Source: an uncultured Verrucomicrobiae bacterium
GTDB lineage: Bacteria > Verrucomicrobiota > Verrucomicrobiia > Limisphaerales > Palsa-1400
Assembly: GCA_963707025.1 (NCBI GenBank)
Contig: CAVPOM010000007.1
Coordinates: 224,001-288,000, forward strand
Reading direction: 5' to 3'
DNA: 64,000 bases
Part shown: piece after piece, positions 50,600 to 61,488 of the stretch
Layout: each line of letters starts with the position of its first letter
How positions within the stretch are numbered: the stretch's first letter is position 1
The notes under the pieces: model-generated
What the model saw: only the letters and a program-made list of their open reading frames with translations
Told to the model about the DNA's origin: nothing
Databases searched by the model: none
Made by a program: the position numbers and the translations under genes

Positions 50600-50907
50600 A
50601 AATCAATTTCGGCAGTGGGCTGCCGCCAGGCATTAAAAACAGGGCATCGCATCGTGTGCTCATCTGACGACGCCAGCCTAACGGAGTCTCCCCGGAAAGC
50701 ACAATCTCAAAGCGTCCCTCACCGGCCCTGCCCGCTCTCCAACAGAAAGCTGGTCTGCTGAAATGCCCCTTGCCTCTTTCGGCGCCATCACGGAGATCCG
50801 AGCCGGCCGGGAATGTCCGGTTTGGCCGGAACCAATGTGAACCGCGACTGGCGCCGGGCCAGGCTGCGGCCTTGCAGAGCAAGTTGGATCGGCCGCGACC
50901 CGGCCCG

Positions 50908-52593
50908 TCAGGGATGTTGATCCCCAGCTTGCTTTGGCAGAAGATTCCCCGAAGCTTGGAAGGGAAGTTTTTCCGGTTCGCATGCGATTCGCGCCTCTGC
51001 CAGATCGTTGTTCACGAACAGGCCGCCACCCACCACGTCTGCCACGGACACGAACACGCCCGTGCCCCGCGCCGCCTTGCAGTTGCGAATCGAGACTTTG
51101 CCGCCTCTGGAAAGGGCGATGGCCGCCTTGCCGCCATCTTCATGCGCCGGACCGCCGCTGAAGCCGTCAATGTCAAGGTTGTTGAAATCTTCCAATTGAA
51201 TGCCGTGGGAAAAAAACGACGCCAGACCGTCCGCCCATTCGACCTCCAAGCCGTCAATCTTCACCCCGTCGGCGTAGCGGCCATAAAACGCCGGAATATC
51301 ATGGGCGAATATGGCGGTCGCCGCGTCGCGACAGCCGCGCAAATCGAAATTGCCGCCATAGGACTCCTGCAACGGACTGTGGTTGATCCGGATCTTGACG
51401 CCCTGGAAAAGAAGGTCCTGGATGACGCTCTGTTCACACCCGTACACGACAATGCCGCTGGGGCTTTCGGCGGTGATGTTGCGAAAGCGGACGTTCTTGA
51501 TGCGGCCGATTTGCTGGATCTTGGGGTCCCACGGGACGGCGGAAACCTGAATCGGCTCGCCTTTCCCCCACCAATGGCCGGTGACCAGCCGCGTTTGAAT
51601 GACAATGTCTGAGAACAACACATTTTCAACTGAATTGGAACCCCGGACGTTGACCGCCAGGCCGCGATTGCTGTCGAATATCACCAGGTTGGCGAAGACG
51701 CAGTCCCGAATATCCGCTCCGGCAAAGCCCACCCGGACGGCGGCCGAGCGGGAGGAAAGGGTGCAGTTGGCGACGGTGATTCTTTCCCCGCCCAGAACCA
51801 CAATGGAATCGTCGCCGTTTTGAATATCGCAATCGCTGATATGCACCGACCGGGTGTCGGACAGGTCAATCCCATCGTCGTTGGGCACGCGCCGCCCGCC
51901 GCCGAAACTGTTGATGGCCACCCCCGTGATGTTGACCCGTTCGCATTGGACGAAGTGAACCGTCCAGACCGGTGAGTTCCGCAGGGTCACGCCGCTGAGC
52001 AGGATATTGGTGCAGTTAAAAAACCTGAGCATATTGTCAGGCCGGTCCTTTGGCTCCAGCGGACCATCCGCGGTCCCGTATTTGGGATTCATAAAATCCT
52101 CCCCCTGGCGGGTGTACTTCTTTTCGTAATCCAACTCCTCCCTCAGTTTGAGCTTGACGGGGTCCACGAAGAACATGCCGTTTCCTTCGACCACCCCGCG
52201 GCCGGTGATGGCGATGTCGCTGGCGCCCCGGGTAGTCAGCAGCCCGGCCCTGGACGGTTCGGCTCTTCCGGGCACCGGTTCCAGAGCGTAATCTTCAAGA
52301 TTGGTGCTGCCCACGATGACCGCCCCGGCTTCCAACTGCAAGGTGACGTTCTTGAGCAGTTGAATTGAACCGCTGAGATATTCACCAGCCGGAAAAACGA
52401 CCGTTCCTCCTCCCGCCGTCGAACAGGCGCTGATGGCCCGGTTGATGGCTTGGGTGTTCAACGTCCTGCCATCCGGTTTGGCGCCGTAACTGGCAACGCT
52501 GCGCATGACCCCGGCGGATTGCGCCTGCACCCGCGCGCCGAGAGTCAACAGGAACATCAGCGATACGAACCCGCGCGTGTATTTCATGAGCAT
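50908..52593 (-). CDS. Glycoside hydrolase family 28 (polygalacturonase-like), secreted
   Basis: Signal peptide; GGTVVFPAG.YLSGSI, NSPVW, NDDGID, GDDSI; beta-helix. Confidence 0.88.
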   Translation of the reverse strand: MLMKYTRGFVSLMFLLTLGARVQAQSAGVMRSVASYGAKPDGRTLNTQAINRAISACSTAGGGTVVFPAGEYLSGSIQLLKNVTLQLEAGAVIVGSTNLEDYALEPVPGRAEPSRAGLLTTRGASDIAITGRGVVEGNGMFFVDPVKLKLREELDYEKKYTRQGEDFMNPKYGTADGPLEPKDRPDNMLRFFNCTNILLSGVTLRNSPVWTVHFVQCERVNITGVAINSFGGGRRVPNDDGIDLSDTRSVHISDCDIQNGDDSIVVLGGERITVANCTLSSRSAAVRVGFAGADIRDCVFANLVIFDSNRGLAVNVRGSNSVENVLFSDIVIQTRLVTGHWWGKGEPIQVSAVPWDPKIQQIGRIKNVRFRNITAESPSGIVVYGCEQSVIQDLLFQGVKIRINHSPLQESYGGNFDLRGCRDAATAIFAHDIPAFYGRYADGVKIDGLEVEWADGLASFFSHGIQLEDFNNLDIDGFSGGPAHEDGGKAAIALSRGGKVSIRNCKAARGTGVFVSVADVVGGGLFVNNDLAEARIACEPEKLPFQASGNLLPKQAGDQHP

Positions 52594-52701
52594 GGATCGT
52601 TTAAGGCCGAAGGGAGTTTGGAGTCAATCACGGAAGCGGCCGCTCCCCAGGCGCGGCCGGGCGCGGTCAATGACTGGATTCGCCGGCAAAGAGAGTGCCG
52701 C

Positions 52702-52721
52702 TATGGGGTAAATACCCCATA
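52702..52721. promoter_or_regulatory. Perfect 9-2-9 palindrome, candidate operator
   Basis: TATGGGGTA-AA-TACCCCATA in a divergent intergenic region. Confidence 0.55.
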
Positions 52722-52756
52722 TCAGAGGTCTGGCCGATGGTGTAATCTAGCGACAA

Positions 52757-53116
52757 ATGGCTATGAACGCGCATTCTGGCCGCGCAGGCAAAGTCCGCCT
52801 CGTTGCCACCTTCGGCGACTCTCAACTCGTCAAGCGCGCCAGCGGCCGATACGAACTCTGCGGCGCCTCGGCTGCTGACCACACCGACGCCAAGGAATGG
52901 ATGTCGCTCTTCCTTCACGAAGCCATCGTTTCCTCTCCGCCACCACTGCGCGACGTTGCTTTTTGTGAACCGGGGATAAACGTGTCACGGCTCAACGTTC
53001 GCCACTCTGCACGCGGCGTCGGCCCATGTCAGGAGAGCCAAAAACTCTGGGTACCCTTCTTCGGAAACGAAGCTTTGAACTGTCGCTTGCCCAATCGCAA
53101 GCCCCTCCAAGACTGA
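52757..53116 (+). CDS. Small hypothetical protein
   Basis: LVATFGDSQLVK..GRYELCG..AKEWMSLFLHEA looks like a compact folded domain. Confidence 0.6.
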   Translation: MAMNAHSGRAGKVRLVATFGDSQLVKRASGRYELCGASAADHTDAKEWMSLFLHEAIVSSPPPLRDVAFCEPGINVSRLNVRHSARGVGPCQESQKLWVPFFGNEALNCRLPNRKPLQD

Positions 53117-53121
53117 CGGTT

Positions 53122-53313
53122 ATGCGCACAATTTACTACGTGCTCCTTTTCGCTTTCCTGCTTCTGGTCCTCTTTTGCGTAGATTTCCTCCGATGGCTGA
53201 TCTCCAAGTGTCAGCTTGCGCTGCTCTCCGTCCGCCTATGGCTTCCCTCTCGCCGTCGAGGATGGAGGGGACATTCCCCCATGAAGACTGGCCCCTCGCG
53301 CCGGAGTTGCTGA
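53122..53313 (+). CDS. Small putative membrane protein
   Basis: One strong TM segment followed by a basic tail. Confidence 0.35.
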   Translation: MRTIYYVLLFAFLLLVLFCVDFLRWLISKCQLALLSVRLWLPSRRRGWRGHSPMKTGPSRRSC

Positions 53314-53364
53314 AATTTTCCAAAGAATTGGTCTCATAATTAACTTTGTCGCACAACCGGCTGA

Positions 53365-53766
53365 AGCCCCTTTTCAACTGGCATACTCCTGCGCTTCACC
53401 AGCTCGCCCCATCGCACCACCGGCTATGAGTGCTTTGCCAGGTGCCTGACCAGCGCCTCCTCCTGCGTGCAAATTGTCCGCTGGGACGGGCCGCTTGGAA
53501 AGTTCACCTATTTGGCTGACAAACGCGGCGCCAATTATGGGCTCAACAATGGCGACATACTCAAGGCCTGCGTCATCGGCAATGTCATCACGGTGTCTAT
53601 CAACGGGGTTGAGAAGGCCCGGGTCACCGATGACACTTTCAAGGCGGGCAATCCGGGAATTGGGGAGTATCTTGCCTGCCAATCCGGTCAAGGCATTGGC
53701 TCCAACTTCGATTTTGGGTTCGCCAGTTTTACAGCCAAGGGCCTCGACGCCCAAGCCGGGCGCTAG
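53365..53766 (+). pseudogene. 5'-truncated beta-sandwich (ConA-like) gene fragment
   Basis: Protein-like frame ILLRFTS..GYEC..QIVRWDGPLG..GNPGIG begins right after a TGA with no credible start. Confidence 0.5.
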
Positions 53767-53897
53767 AGCGTATTCAAGAAAACTGTAGCCGCAGCACGCG
53801 GTAGGGTCCCGGTTTGCCGGGACTGCCCGCCGCGGCGCGCACGGAGTGCGCGCCCTACCTCCCTCGTTTCGGCTGCATCATTTCTTAAACCGCTCTA
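53764..53897. mobile_element. TA-flanked MITE-like element carrying a GTAG REP doublet
   Basis: TAGAGCGTATTCAAGAAA .. TTTCTTAAACCGCTCTA imperfect TIRs; inner GGTAGGG..CCCTACC. Confidence 0.6.
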
Positions 53898-53987
53898 ACT
53901 AATCCAGTTCGTAACCGCACTGTTGCCGAAGCGATTGGCGGCGGCCGCAGACCGCCGCTACCGTGCAACAGCAAACTGGAAATGGCT

Positions 53988-56582
53988 TTACCGGGTTGCC
54001 GGACCCAGCTCAAACTGTTGCGGCGCGGGACCACCGGGTGTGCCTGTAAACTCGATGCGGCCGGCCCCGTCCGCATGCAAGGGAGCGGTGGTTTGACCGT
54101 TGGCTTTCAGTTCGTAAATCGCGTTGGGCCGCAATCGGGCCACGACATGCAGCGTCTTTCCTTCGCCTGCCGGCACCGCTTCCGTCCACCGGCGCGGCGC
54201 GTCCGGATCGCGGGGCCAGCTCTGAATTTGCACGGTGAACGGCCCGGCCGCCGGCCGCGAGATGGACATGGCCCAATCGGTGTTCGTGCCCGGAAAGTAT
54301 TCCAGTCCGGCCCCGGTGGCATTCACGCCAAAAGGGGTGGGACCGCCCAGCGTGCCGGCCCCCGCCGTCACCGCGCAACCTTCCGTGCTCAAATCAATCA
54401 GATAGGGCCGCCCCCGCAACTGGTAACAGAGTTTGGTGCCGTTGAGTTCGCCGGCCAGGTGGGGTTCCAGATAAAGCCGGTTGGGCTTGGGCTGAAGGCC
54501 GTAGATGTCGCGGTAAAGCCCCACCACCGGCATGCAGTTGCCGGCCAGAATGTCATCGCCCGAGCCGCGTTGCGATCGCCTCAGGTAGCGTTGAAAAGAC
54601 AATCCATCCTCTTGATAGCGGGCCAGGGTTTTCTTGACGTACTGGAGCGCCAGGACGGGATCATAAGCGGCGTAAGCGCGCACCCCCAGTTCACCCCAGG
54701 ACAGAAACAGGTCGCCATTTTCATAGTTCGGGAAGGGGAAATTGCGGGCCGCGCCTTCGTCCCGCTCAAAGGTGAAAAAGGCCAGCGGCCAGATGAACAG
54801 CTTCTCCTTTTGCATCTCCGCTTCCGTCCGGTCGAGAATGGCCTTCTGCCGCGCCGGGTCGTCGCAAAGCCCGTAGGCAATCGCCGCGAAGTTGACCGGC
54901 GTGCAGAGGTTGTCGCCATGGGTGGAACCGTCCTTGTCGCGCCAATAGACATACCACTGGTTGGTTGGGTCCCAAAAGCCGCCTTCGGAGATCGGGCGGT
55001 TGAAACTGGTCTTCAATCGCGCCGCGAAATCCCGATAGGCGGCCGCCTGCGCCGGATCGCCCAGCGTCTCCTCCGCGCCCGACCACAGTTGGAGCGCGGC
55101 GTAAAGTTCAGCGTTGACCAGGGCGTTTTCGTACGAGGCCCAGATAATATCCACCCAGTCGCTCCCTCTCTGCTCTTGGCGGGAGTCGGTCATCACGGCC
55201 ACCAGCCCGCTCTGCTGGACCTCCCGGCGCAGGAGAAAATTCAAGGCCCGTTCGCACGCGCTCTTTTGCCCGGCCAGCCAGGGGCGGTCCCCCGTCAGAT
55301 CAAACTCCTCCGCCACATTCATCACGTAATCCGGCTGCGAATCCATCAGGTAGCCCCACTGCGCCTCATAAAAGCCCAGGGCGTCATGGGTGCCGCGCAT
55401 GGCATCGCCAGAGTCATAGCCCCAGCGCGCTTTGACCCGTCCGTCCGGGCCGATCGCGTGGTCCCGCTCGTAATCCAGCGTGGCGGCCAGATTGGCCGTG
55501 TAATCCGGGTCGTCCAAGGCCAGGCCGATCCCGGCAAACCATTGCTCATGCAGGCAGATGAAGCCAGTCCGCCAGCCGTTGGCCCCGATCAACCGGCTGT
55601 CCACCACTCCATACCGGCCCACCGTGTTGAGCAACTCGCCAATGTTCCCGCCATCCAATCCTGCAAACGTGCCCCGGTTGCAGATTTCCTCGTAATCCAG
55701 CGCCTGCAACGCCAACTCGACACTCACTTCGCCCGCCCCCGCCTGGAACGGCGCCCATAAATCCTGCCGATGCGCCAGAAAACGGCGCAAATTGACTTTG
55801 GGTTTCAGTTCCTCGCCGCTCACGACGTAATTGAAGGAGAAAATGTTGTTCGTCTGGTGCGAGAAGCGGACGGTGCCGTATTGCTGCTTGGGGAGGCTGG
55901 GGACAATCCGCAGGCCATCGCGCTGCTCGCGGTTCCAGAAAGTCACCGTCCCGGCGTGCGCGCCATAGGTCGCGTTGAGCGTTTCCAGGTACTTGTTCCA
56001 GACCACTCCTCCGTTATCCAGCAACCCTCCGGTCCAGGTTGACATGCTGCGGAAATCCCATTCCGGGAACGCCGCGTCCTCCAGGGTGGTTTCCGTTGCA
56101 TATTTGCGTGTGATCCGCCACACCACCCTATCCGCCTCAACCGTAAATTGCCAGGTCTCGCGGACCTCGCTGCCCGGCTGGCCAAAGACAATGTTGGTTA
56201 CGGTGAGGGTGTCCTTGCCGAGGACAACGCCCGGCGTGGCCAGGCCGGTCCTGGTGGTGAACCATTGGCCCTCCACACGCAGGCCGCTGGCCACGCCTGA
56301 TTCGGCCGCCACCTCGCGCCCGCGCACGGTGACTTGATCCAAAACGCAACGGCCGTCGTAATTCAATCTCAGCGCCAACCGCCCCTGCCCGTCCGCCAGC
56401 GTCACCAGCTTCCGTTCGGCATCCAGATGAATCGTCCCCTCTGCGGCGGCCGAAACGGACGCGCCGCTCATCCACCCCGCAACCAAAAACACAATGCCGC
56501 GAGCCAATTGCCTTTCGGCCCGCGGCTGTTCTTGTGCGCGACCAAGGCATCCCTCGCCGGAGGCAAACACACCGCGGCGCAC
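53988..56582 (-). CDS. Six-hairpin glycosidase domain protein (GH78/rhamnosidase-like); start uncertain
   Basis: (alpha/alpha)6 motifs DWVDII..ENALVNA.LY.AL, FPNYENGD, GLQP. Confidence 0.7.
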   Translation of the reverse strand: MRRGVFASGEGCLGRAQEQPRAERQLARGIVFLVAGWMSGASVSAAAEGTIHLDAERKLVTLADGQGRLALRLNYDGRCVLDQVTVRGREVAAESGVASGLRVEGQWFTTRTGLATPGVVLGKDTLTVTNIVFGQPGSEVRETWQFTVEADRVVWRITRKYATETTLEDAAFPEWDFRSMSTWTGGLLDNGGVVWNKYLETLNATYGAHAGTVTFWNREQRDGLRIVPSLPKQQYGTVRFSHQTNNIFSFNYVVSGEELKPKVNLRRFLAHRQDLWAPFQAGAGEVSVELALQALDYEEICNRGTFAGLDGGNIGELLNTVGRYGVVDSRLIGANGWRTGFICLHEQWFAGIGLALDDPDYTANLAATLDYERDHAIGPDGRVKARWGYDSGDAMRGTHDALGFYEAQWGYLMDSQPDYVMNVAEEFDLTGDRPWLAGQKSACERALNFLLRREVQQSGLVAVMTDSRQEQRGSDWVDIIWASYENALVNAELYAALQLWSGAEETLGDPAQAAAYRDFAARLKTSFNRPISEGGFWDPTNQWYVYWRDKDGSTHGDNLCTPVNFAAIAYGLCDDPARQKAILDRTEAEMQKEKLFIWPLAFFTFERDEGAARNFPFPNYENGDLFLSWGELGVRAYAAYDPVLALQYVKKTLARYQEDGLSFQRYLRRSQRGSGDDILAGNCMPVVGLYRDIYGLQPKPNRLYLEPHLAGELNGTKLCYQLRGRPYLIDLSTEGCAVTAGAGTLGGPTPFGVNATGAGLEYFPGTNTDWAMSISRPAAGPFTVQIQSWPRDPDAPRRWTEAVPAGEGKTLHVVARLRPNAIYELKANGQTTAPLHADGAGRIEFTGTPGGPAPQQFELGPATR

Positions 56583-56813
56583 CAGGCCCGTGATGGGCCA
56601 GGCAAACCATCATCTTCTGATTGCGGCATACGACTCATTTCATCTCTCCTCAATTGACCTGGTTTTAATTGGACTGGCCCAATCCGGCGCCGCCCGGTCA
56701 GCGCCGGTTTGACCACCGCTTATGATCTTCACAATCTTGCCGCCCACGCGCCACGACATTAACGGATGAGCGCGGCAGAATCCATTTCTTTACCCCTGTT
56801 TGCCAAAGTGGCG

Positions 56814-57689
56814 TCAATAGTAGAAGAAGAGAGGGCCAGTCGTCCGGACTTGAAATTGGGAGAAAGGCCGCCACTCGACATGGCCATCCAACATCCCCGC
56901 GTTTCCCCCGCTGGGAAGCCGGCCGTTGGCCAGATGCGCGCTGGTGAAAGATTTGATGGCGGCCGGAATATCGGCATCAAAACTGCGCGCCAGACTGGTC
57001 CAACGATAGGTTTGCATCTGCGCCAGGCTGATGGTCGCGCCGCTGCCGGTGACCGTCGCGCAGGCCAGGAGCACCCGGCTGGAGGGGCGGACCGGCAGCA
57101 TCACGGTGGGGGTGGAATGAGGCGAAATCCCCGCCGGGTTTTGCTTCCGATTCACGTTGGTGCTGCACAAGAATGCGGAGTCGGCGTAGGTCGAAATCCC
57201 GAAAAAAGTCTCGGCATATCCAATCACCCGCGCTGGCGGCGGATCATCCGCATCCCCGTCGCCGCCGGGGGTTGTATTATTCCAAAGGGCGAGATAATCC
57301 GCCTCGCTGAAGGCTTGCGCCGTGCCCGGGTCATACCAGAGTTTGTAAGGAGCGCCGCCAGTGGAAAAGTAGTTGCCGGTCGCCGTGGTCATGTCCCACG
57401 GCTCGGTCGCCCCCGTATTATCCGGCATGAAATCCTTGTTGTCATTGGCATAAATGAATTCCGCCAGAATCTGCTGCCGTTCGTTGCTCTTGCAATGTGT
57501 GCGAACCGCCTGGTCCCTGGCCTTCGACAACGCGGGCAACAGCAGCGCGGCCAGGATGGCGATGATGGCGATAACGACGAGCAATTCGATCAGCGTAAAA
57601 GCATCACCCCTCCGATGGCCGGCGCCAGGATGGCTCCGCCAAGACACGGAATCTTGCCACGGCGATTGAAGCTTGGTCCGGCGATTCAT
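56814..57689 (-). CDS. Prepilin-type N-terminal cleavage/methylation protein with C-terminal H-X9-DG motif
   Basis: [43 protein letters not shown]. Confidence 0.92.
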   Translation of the reverse strand: MNRRTKLQSPWQDSVSWRSHPGAGHRRGDAFTLIELLVVIAIIAILAALLLPALSKARDQAVRTHCKSNERQQILAEFIYANDNKDFMPDNTGATEPWDMTTATGNYFSTGGAPYKLWYDPGTAQAFSEADYLALWNNTTPGGDGDADDPPPARVIGYAETFFGISTYADSAFLCSTNVNRKQNPAGISPHSTPTVMLPVRPSSRVLLACATVTGSGATISLAQMQTYRWTSLARSFDADIPAAIKSFTSAHLANGRLPSGGNAGMLDGHVEWRPFSQFQVRTTGPLFFYY

Positions 57690-57748
57690 GGATTCGTGTA
57701 GTATGGAGCAATTAGTCGTGTCCGTCAAGTTCAGCAAATTATTTGCGG

Positions 57749-59951
57749 TCAGGGCGCGCTGTCGGGCTTGTAATCCTCGTTGAGCTCCAGGCGCAGGTAG
57801 TCGTAAACGACGCCGGAAGTGACTTCCCCGGCGGGCACGGTGAGCTGCATTTCGTTTTCGCCCTGCTTGAGCAGCGTGGCGTCGAACTTCAAGATGTGTT
57901 CCTGCCAGACGCTTTTGTCGGTGTTGTAGCGCAGGGCATTGGTGGGCGTTGGACGGAGGGCGCCGGCGCTCTTGCCGTTGACAGCGATGGCCAGCCCGCC
58001 GGTGCCGTCGGCGCCGGCCAGCGCCACGCGCAGGACCGCCTGGCCCTGCGGCGCCTTGTCCATGTTGAAGTTAATGGTCCAGGTGGTCGCCCGGCCCCGG
58101 CCGATGGATCGCCAAGTGTCCGATCCCTGCACCTGGACCCAGCCAAAGCGCTGGTGCAGCGGGTCCTTGGCCTCCGGGTTCTTCCAGGCATCGGACAGCG
58201 CGTGGGGCACTTGCTCAAAGAACCAGTCCTTGTGGTAATCGCTTTGGCCGATGGTGTAGGTGATGTCGTTGGGGAACAATCGCCATAACGCAGACCCCAG
58301 CCCCAGAGCCAGTAGTTGGAGCCGTCGCCCTTGTAGAATTTGCCGCCGGTGCGGTCGGGGTAGCCGATGTCCCAGATTTGCCTGCCGTAGCGCAGGGCTT
58401 CCATTCGATTTTGTTCAAGTCCAGGGTCTTGCCGGCTTGGACGGTGATGTTGGCCTGCGAGAATTCACCCAGCACGCCGTCGGCAAACGCATGCAGCGTG
58501 TAGGTGCCGGGGCGGACGTTGGGAATGGTGAAGTTGCCGTCCTCGCTCCCGTCGTTCCAGAACTGGTAGAATTTCGCGTCGTGCGCCCAGTCCACCATGC
58601 CGCCACCGCGCCTGGAAGCTCCTGGTGCGCCAGCGGCTGCATTGGTGTCCCCGGCGCCGGAAGCCCGGCCGCCGCGCCTGCCGCCGCCGGCATAATCCGG
58701 ATGGGCCAGGCCCACGGTCAGGTTGGGCAGCTTGGTGGTGGCGGCTTGCGGGTCGTTGAGCACCAGTTGCCCGGTGACCGTCCCGCGCCCGTCCTTGTGC
58801 GGGTAGTCCACGCCGTTGACCCAGTCGTAGGGCCATTGGGCTTTCTCTTTCTTGGCCTGGCTGAGTGCGTCCTGCCACAAAGCCGTGGCGTTGTCCTTCC
58901 AGGCCTCTGGCACGATGGGGTTGCCGGCGGTGGCGGCCAGCGTGGCCAGGTCGGCCTGGGAAGCGACTCTGGGGTTGGCCAGCGCGTTGCAATAAACAAA
59001 AATCGGCCCAATGACCTTGCTCCACTCCTCCCCGGCGCTTATGTTGCAGCTCGCCCCGCCTCCGTAATGCGTCCCGCGCCAGTAATCCAGAATGATCGGG
59101 TCCGGGTTGTCGTTGGCGTCAAAATGGCAGACCAATTCCTGCTTGGAAGCCCCGCCGCTGAGAAATTCGATGGTCGGGTTGATGAACCACACGCCGACGT
59201 GATCCTTGGTGCTCGACCAGCCGAAGGCCGGGACCTTGTATTGCACGGCGTTGTAGCTGTATTTATGCTCGACGGAGTTTTGGTAAAAGCCGGTGCTCAA
59301 GATCCGCTGTTCCTTCGCGTGGATTTGGATGCCCGCGCCCCAGTCCTGCGGCGTGCATTCCAGCAGGTTGCGGTCCGAGTCCACCGAGATCCAGTCGAAG
59401 GTCTTGTTGAGCTTGGTGATGTAGCGGCTTTCGCCCACACCCATCGCGCCGTAGGCCGCCGGGTGGGAGAAAATCGCGTAGGCGTAAATGCCGCTTTCGC
59501 CCCGGCCCATGGCGTAGCGGACCTCGATGTCGCAATACGTTCCGCCGCCGGGCGCGCCCGGCGTCAGCATCACCGTGCCGCCGGTCACGCCCTTGACGGC
59601 GATTTCGGCGCGCGCCGCGCCGTTTTTCGCCGGGTCAATCGTCACCGTTTGGGTCAATTGCGGCGCCCCCTGAGGGGTTTGCTCCCAGTAGCCCCCGGCG
59701 CCCATGGTCTCGACGCCGTGAAAAAAGAGCGAGGTCAGGTTGCCGTTGCCCTTGTTGATCGTCGCCTTGACGATGCCGTTGTCGAGCGTCCAGGCGCGGC
59801 CGTTGTCGGTCACGGTCACGGGGGCGTTGGCTTCTGGTTTGGCGACGACCGGCCCGGCTTCGGCGGCGCGCAGCGGCGGCACGGCCAGCGCCATGGCCAT
59901 GAAGGCAGAGGCAAGGAAGCCGCGCGCGCCGGCAGAGAGGGGATTCTTCAT
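57749..59951 (-). CDS. Rhamnogalacturonan lyase, PL4 (frameshifts near 58400 and 58280)
   Basis: Signal peptide, [41 protein letters not shown]. Confidence 0.85.
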
Positions 59952-60082
59952 GGGGAATTGTTGATGGTGGTGACTTCGCTTCGACGCATCCCTGATGGTC
60001 TGCCAAAACCTCCAGCGCGGCAAGCGGAAGATTTCAGGATTATGTAGTTTGCAAACGCAGGTTTGTAGGGTTCCTCGCTGTT

Positions 60083-60396
60083 TTCAGTGGAATGAAAAGC
60101 GACGTTTGGAGCCTCATCATTGGTACTGCCAATCCCAACGGGATTGAATCTTGCAGCCCAGGGTTGCGAGGCACGAGCTACCCTGGGTACGATCAGAGAA
60201 GCATCACAACCCTGCAAGGGTTGAATCTGTTTCTCAAGACTTTGCTATTCAACCCCTTCAGGGTTGTGTCATGTTATTGCAACCACCCAGGGTAGGCCCT
60301 CTCGGAATCGGGCCAACCTTGGGCTAAATGCTCCAATCCCTTCGGGATTGAGGAACAGGCCTTTGCGATGCTAACAACACCTCTTATTCCACTGAA
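60083..60396. repeat. Multi-hairpin REP/BIME-like element inside terminal inverted repeats
   Basis: TTCAGTGGAAT / ATTCCACTGAA ends; internal CAATCCC..GGGATTG, CAACCC..GGGTTG and CCCAGGGT..ACCCTGGG hairpins in mirror order. Confidence 0.7.
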
Positions 60397-60541
60397 TTGT
60401 GTGTTCCATTATGCGCGCTTATCGGAGCAAATCGAGGCAGGAATGTAAACCAGAAAGCAACCGGAATTTTAAATCAGCCTGGAAAATGCCAAATAAAACA
60501 GAAAGATTGTCTGCCCGGCCGGATATCGGCTATCCTGCCCG

Positions 60542-60934
60542 ATGACAATGAGCTTTTACGACCAACTGAAGTTTAATGCGGACGGCCTGGTGCCGGCCAT
60601 CATCCAGGACCAAGCCAGCGGACGGGTCTTGATGATGGCCTGGATGAACCGCGCCTCCCTGGAGTCCACCCTCGCCACGGGCAAAACCCACTTCTGGAGC
60701 CGGTCCCGCCAAAAATTCTGGATGAAAGGCGAAAGCAGCGGCCACACCCAAACCGTCAAGGACATCGCTTATGATTGCGATGGCGACACCCTGTTGATTC
60801 AAGTGGAGCAGGTCGGGGCGGCCTGCCACGAGGGCTATCGCTCCTGCTTTTTCCGCTCCGTCGGCCCGGACGGCGCCGGCCGTGTCACCGAACCCCGGCT
60901 CAAGCCGCCTGGGGAAATCTACGGCAAGAAATGA
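60542..60934 (+). CDS. hisI: Phosphoribosyl-AMP cyclohydrolase
   Basis: [35 protein letters not shown]. Confidence 0.96.
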   Translation: MTMSFYDQLKFNADGLVPAIIQDQASGRVLMMAWMNRASLESTLATGKTHFWSRSRQKFWMKGESSGHTQTVKDIAYDCDGDTLLIQVEQVGAACHEGYRSCFFRSVGPDGAGRVTEPRLKPPGEIYGKK

Positions 60935-61458
60935 ACGGGGATGCGCTTTCTTTCGGGAGTTCCCCATACCTTTGCATGATGGGGCTGCTCGTCTTTGGCC
61001 GCGGGGCCGATTTCTTCAGCACCTGGGTGGCCACGCCCAACCTGCTGCTGGAGGGAAATCCTCTGGCCAAAAAACTCGGCTGGAAACTCGGCGGCCTGGT
61101 CAATCTGGCCCTTTGCTTCGGCCTGGCCTTCTGGCCGGCCACCGCCCTGGCGGCGGTCACCGCCAGCCTGCTGGTGGCGGCCCACAACTTCCATCTGGCC
61201 TGGCTGATGCGCTCCATGGGCGAGGAGGCCTTTAATCACTGGTTCCAGGAACGCATGGTGGAAAGCCGCCTGCCGCTCTACATGACCTGCCTCCTGGGCG
61301 AAACCGGCGCCACCGCCCTGGTCGGCGTCGGGCTGCTCTGTTGGTGCCCCGAGGACTCCAAGGCCTTTGCCATCGGCTGCGGCATCGTCGCCTACGCCGT
61401 CATCGTTCTCTTTTATACCTCGCTGTCCTTGTGGCGTCTGCGCCGCCAGGCAGGATGA
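60931..61458 (+). CDS. Membrane protein, DUF5658-like
   Basis: ADFFSTW..EGNPL motif, several TMs, ATGA overlap with hisI. Confidence 0.7.
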   Translation: MNGDALSFGSSPYLCMMGLLVFGRGADFFSTWVATPNLLLEGNPLAKKLGWKLGGLVNLALCFGLAFWPATALAAVTASLLVAAHNFHLAWLMRSMGEEAFNHWFQERMVESRLPLYMTCLLGETGATALVGVGLLCWCPEDSKAFAIGCGIVAYAVIVLFYTSLSLWRLRRQAG

Positions 61459-61488
61459 GGCCCGGAACTGAACGCCCGTCCCCAACCC

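Noticed and set aside
50600..50907. Glycine or glutamine riboswitch upstream of gdhA
   Set aside because: Only fragments (GCCGAAAG, GGAGAG) match and the conserved architecture is missing; an Rfam scan would settle it.
1440..58400. Programmed frameshifting or mass pseudogenisation (recO, dehydrogenase, kinase, TolC, RND, argH, PL4)
   Set aside because: Single-base indels, mostly in short homopolymers, in otherwise intact and often important genes; no slippery heptamers; best explained by long-read error.
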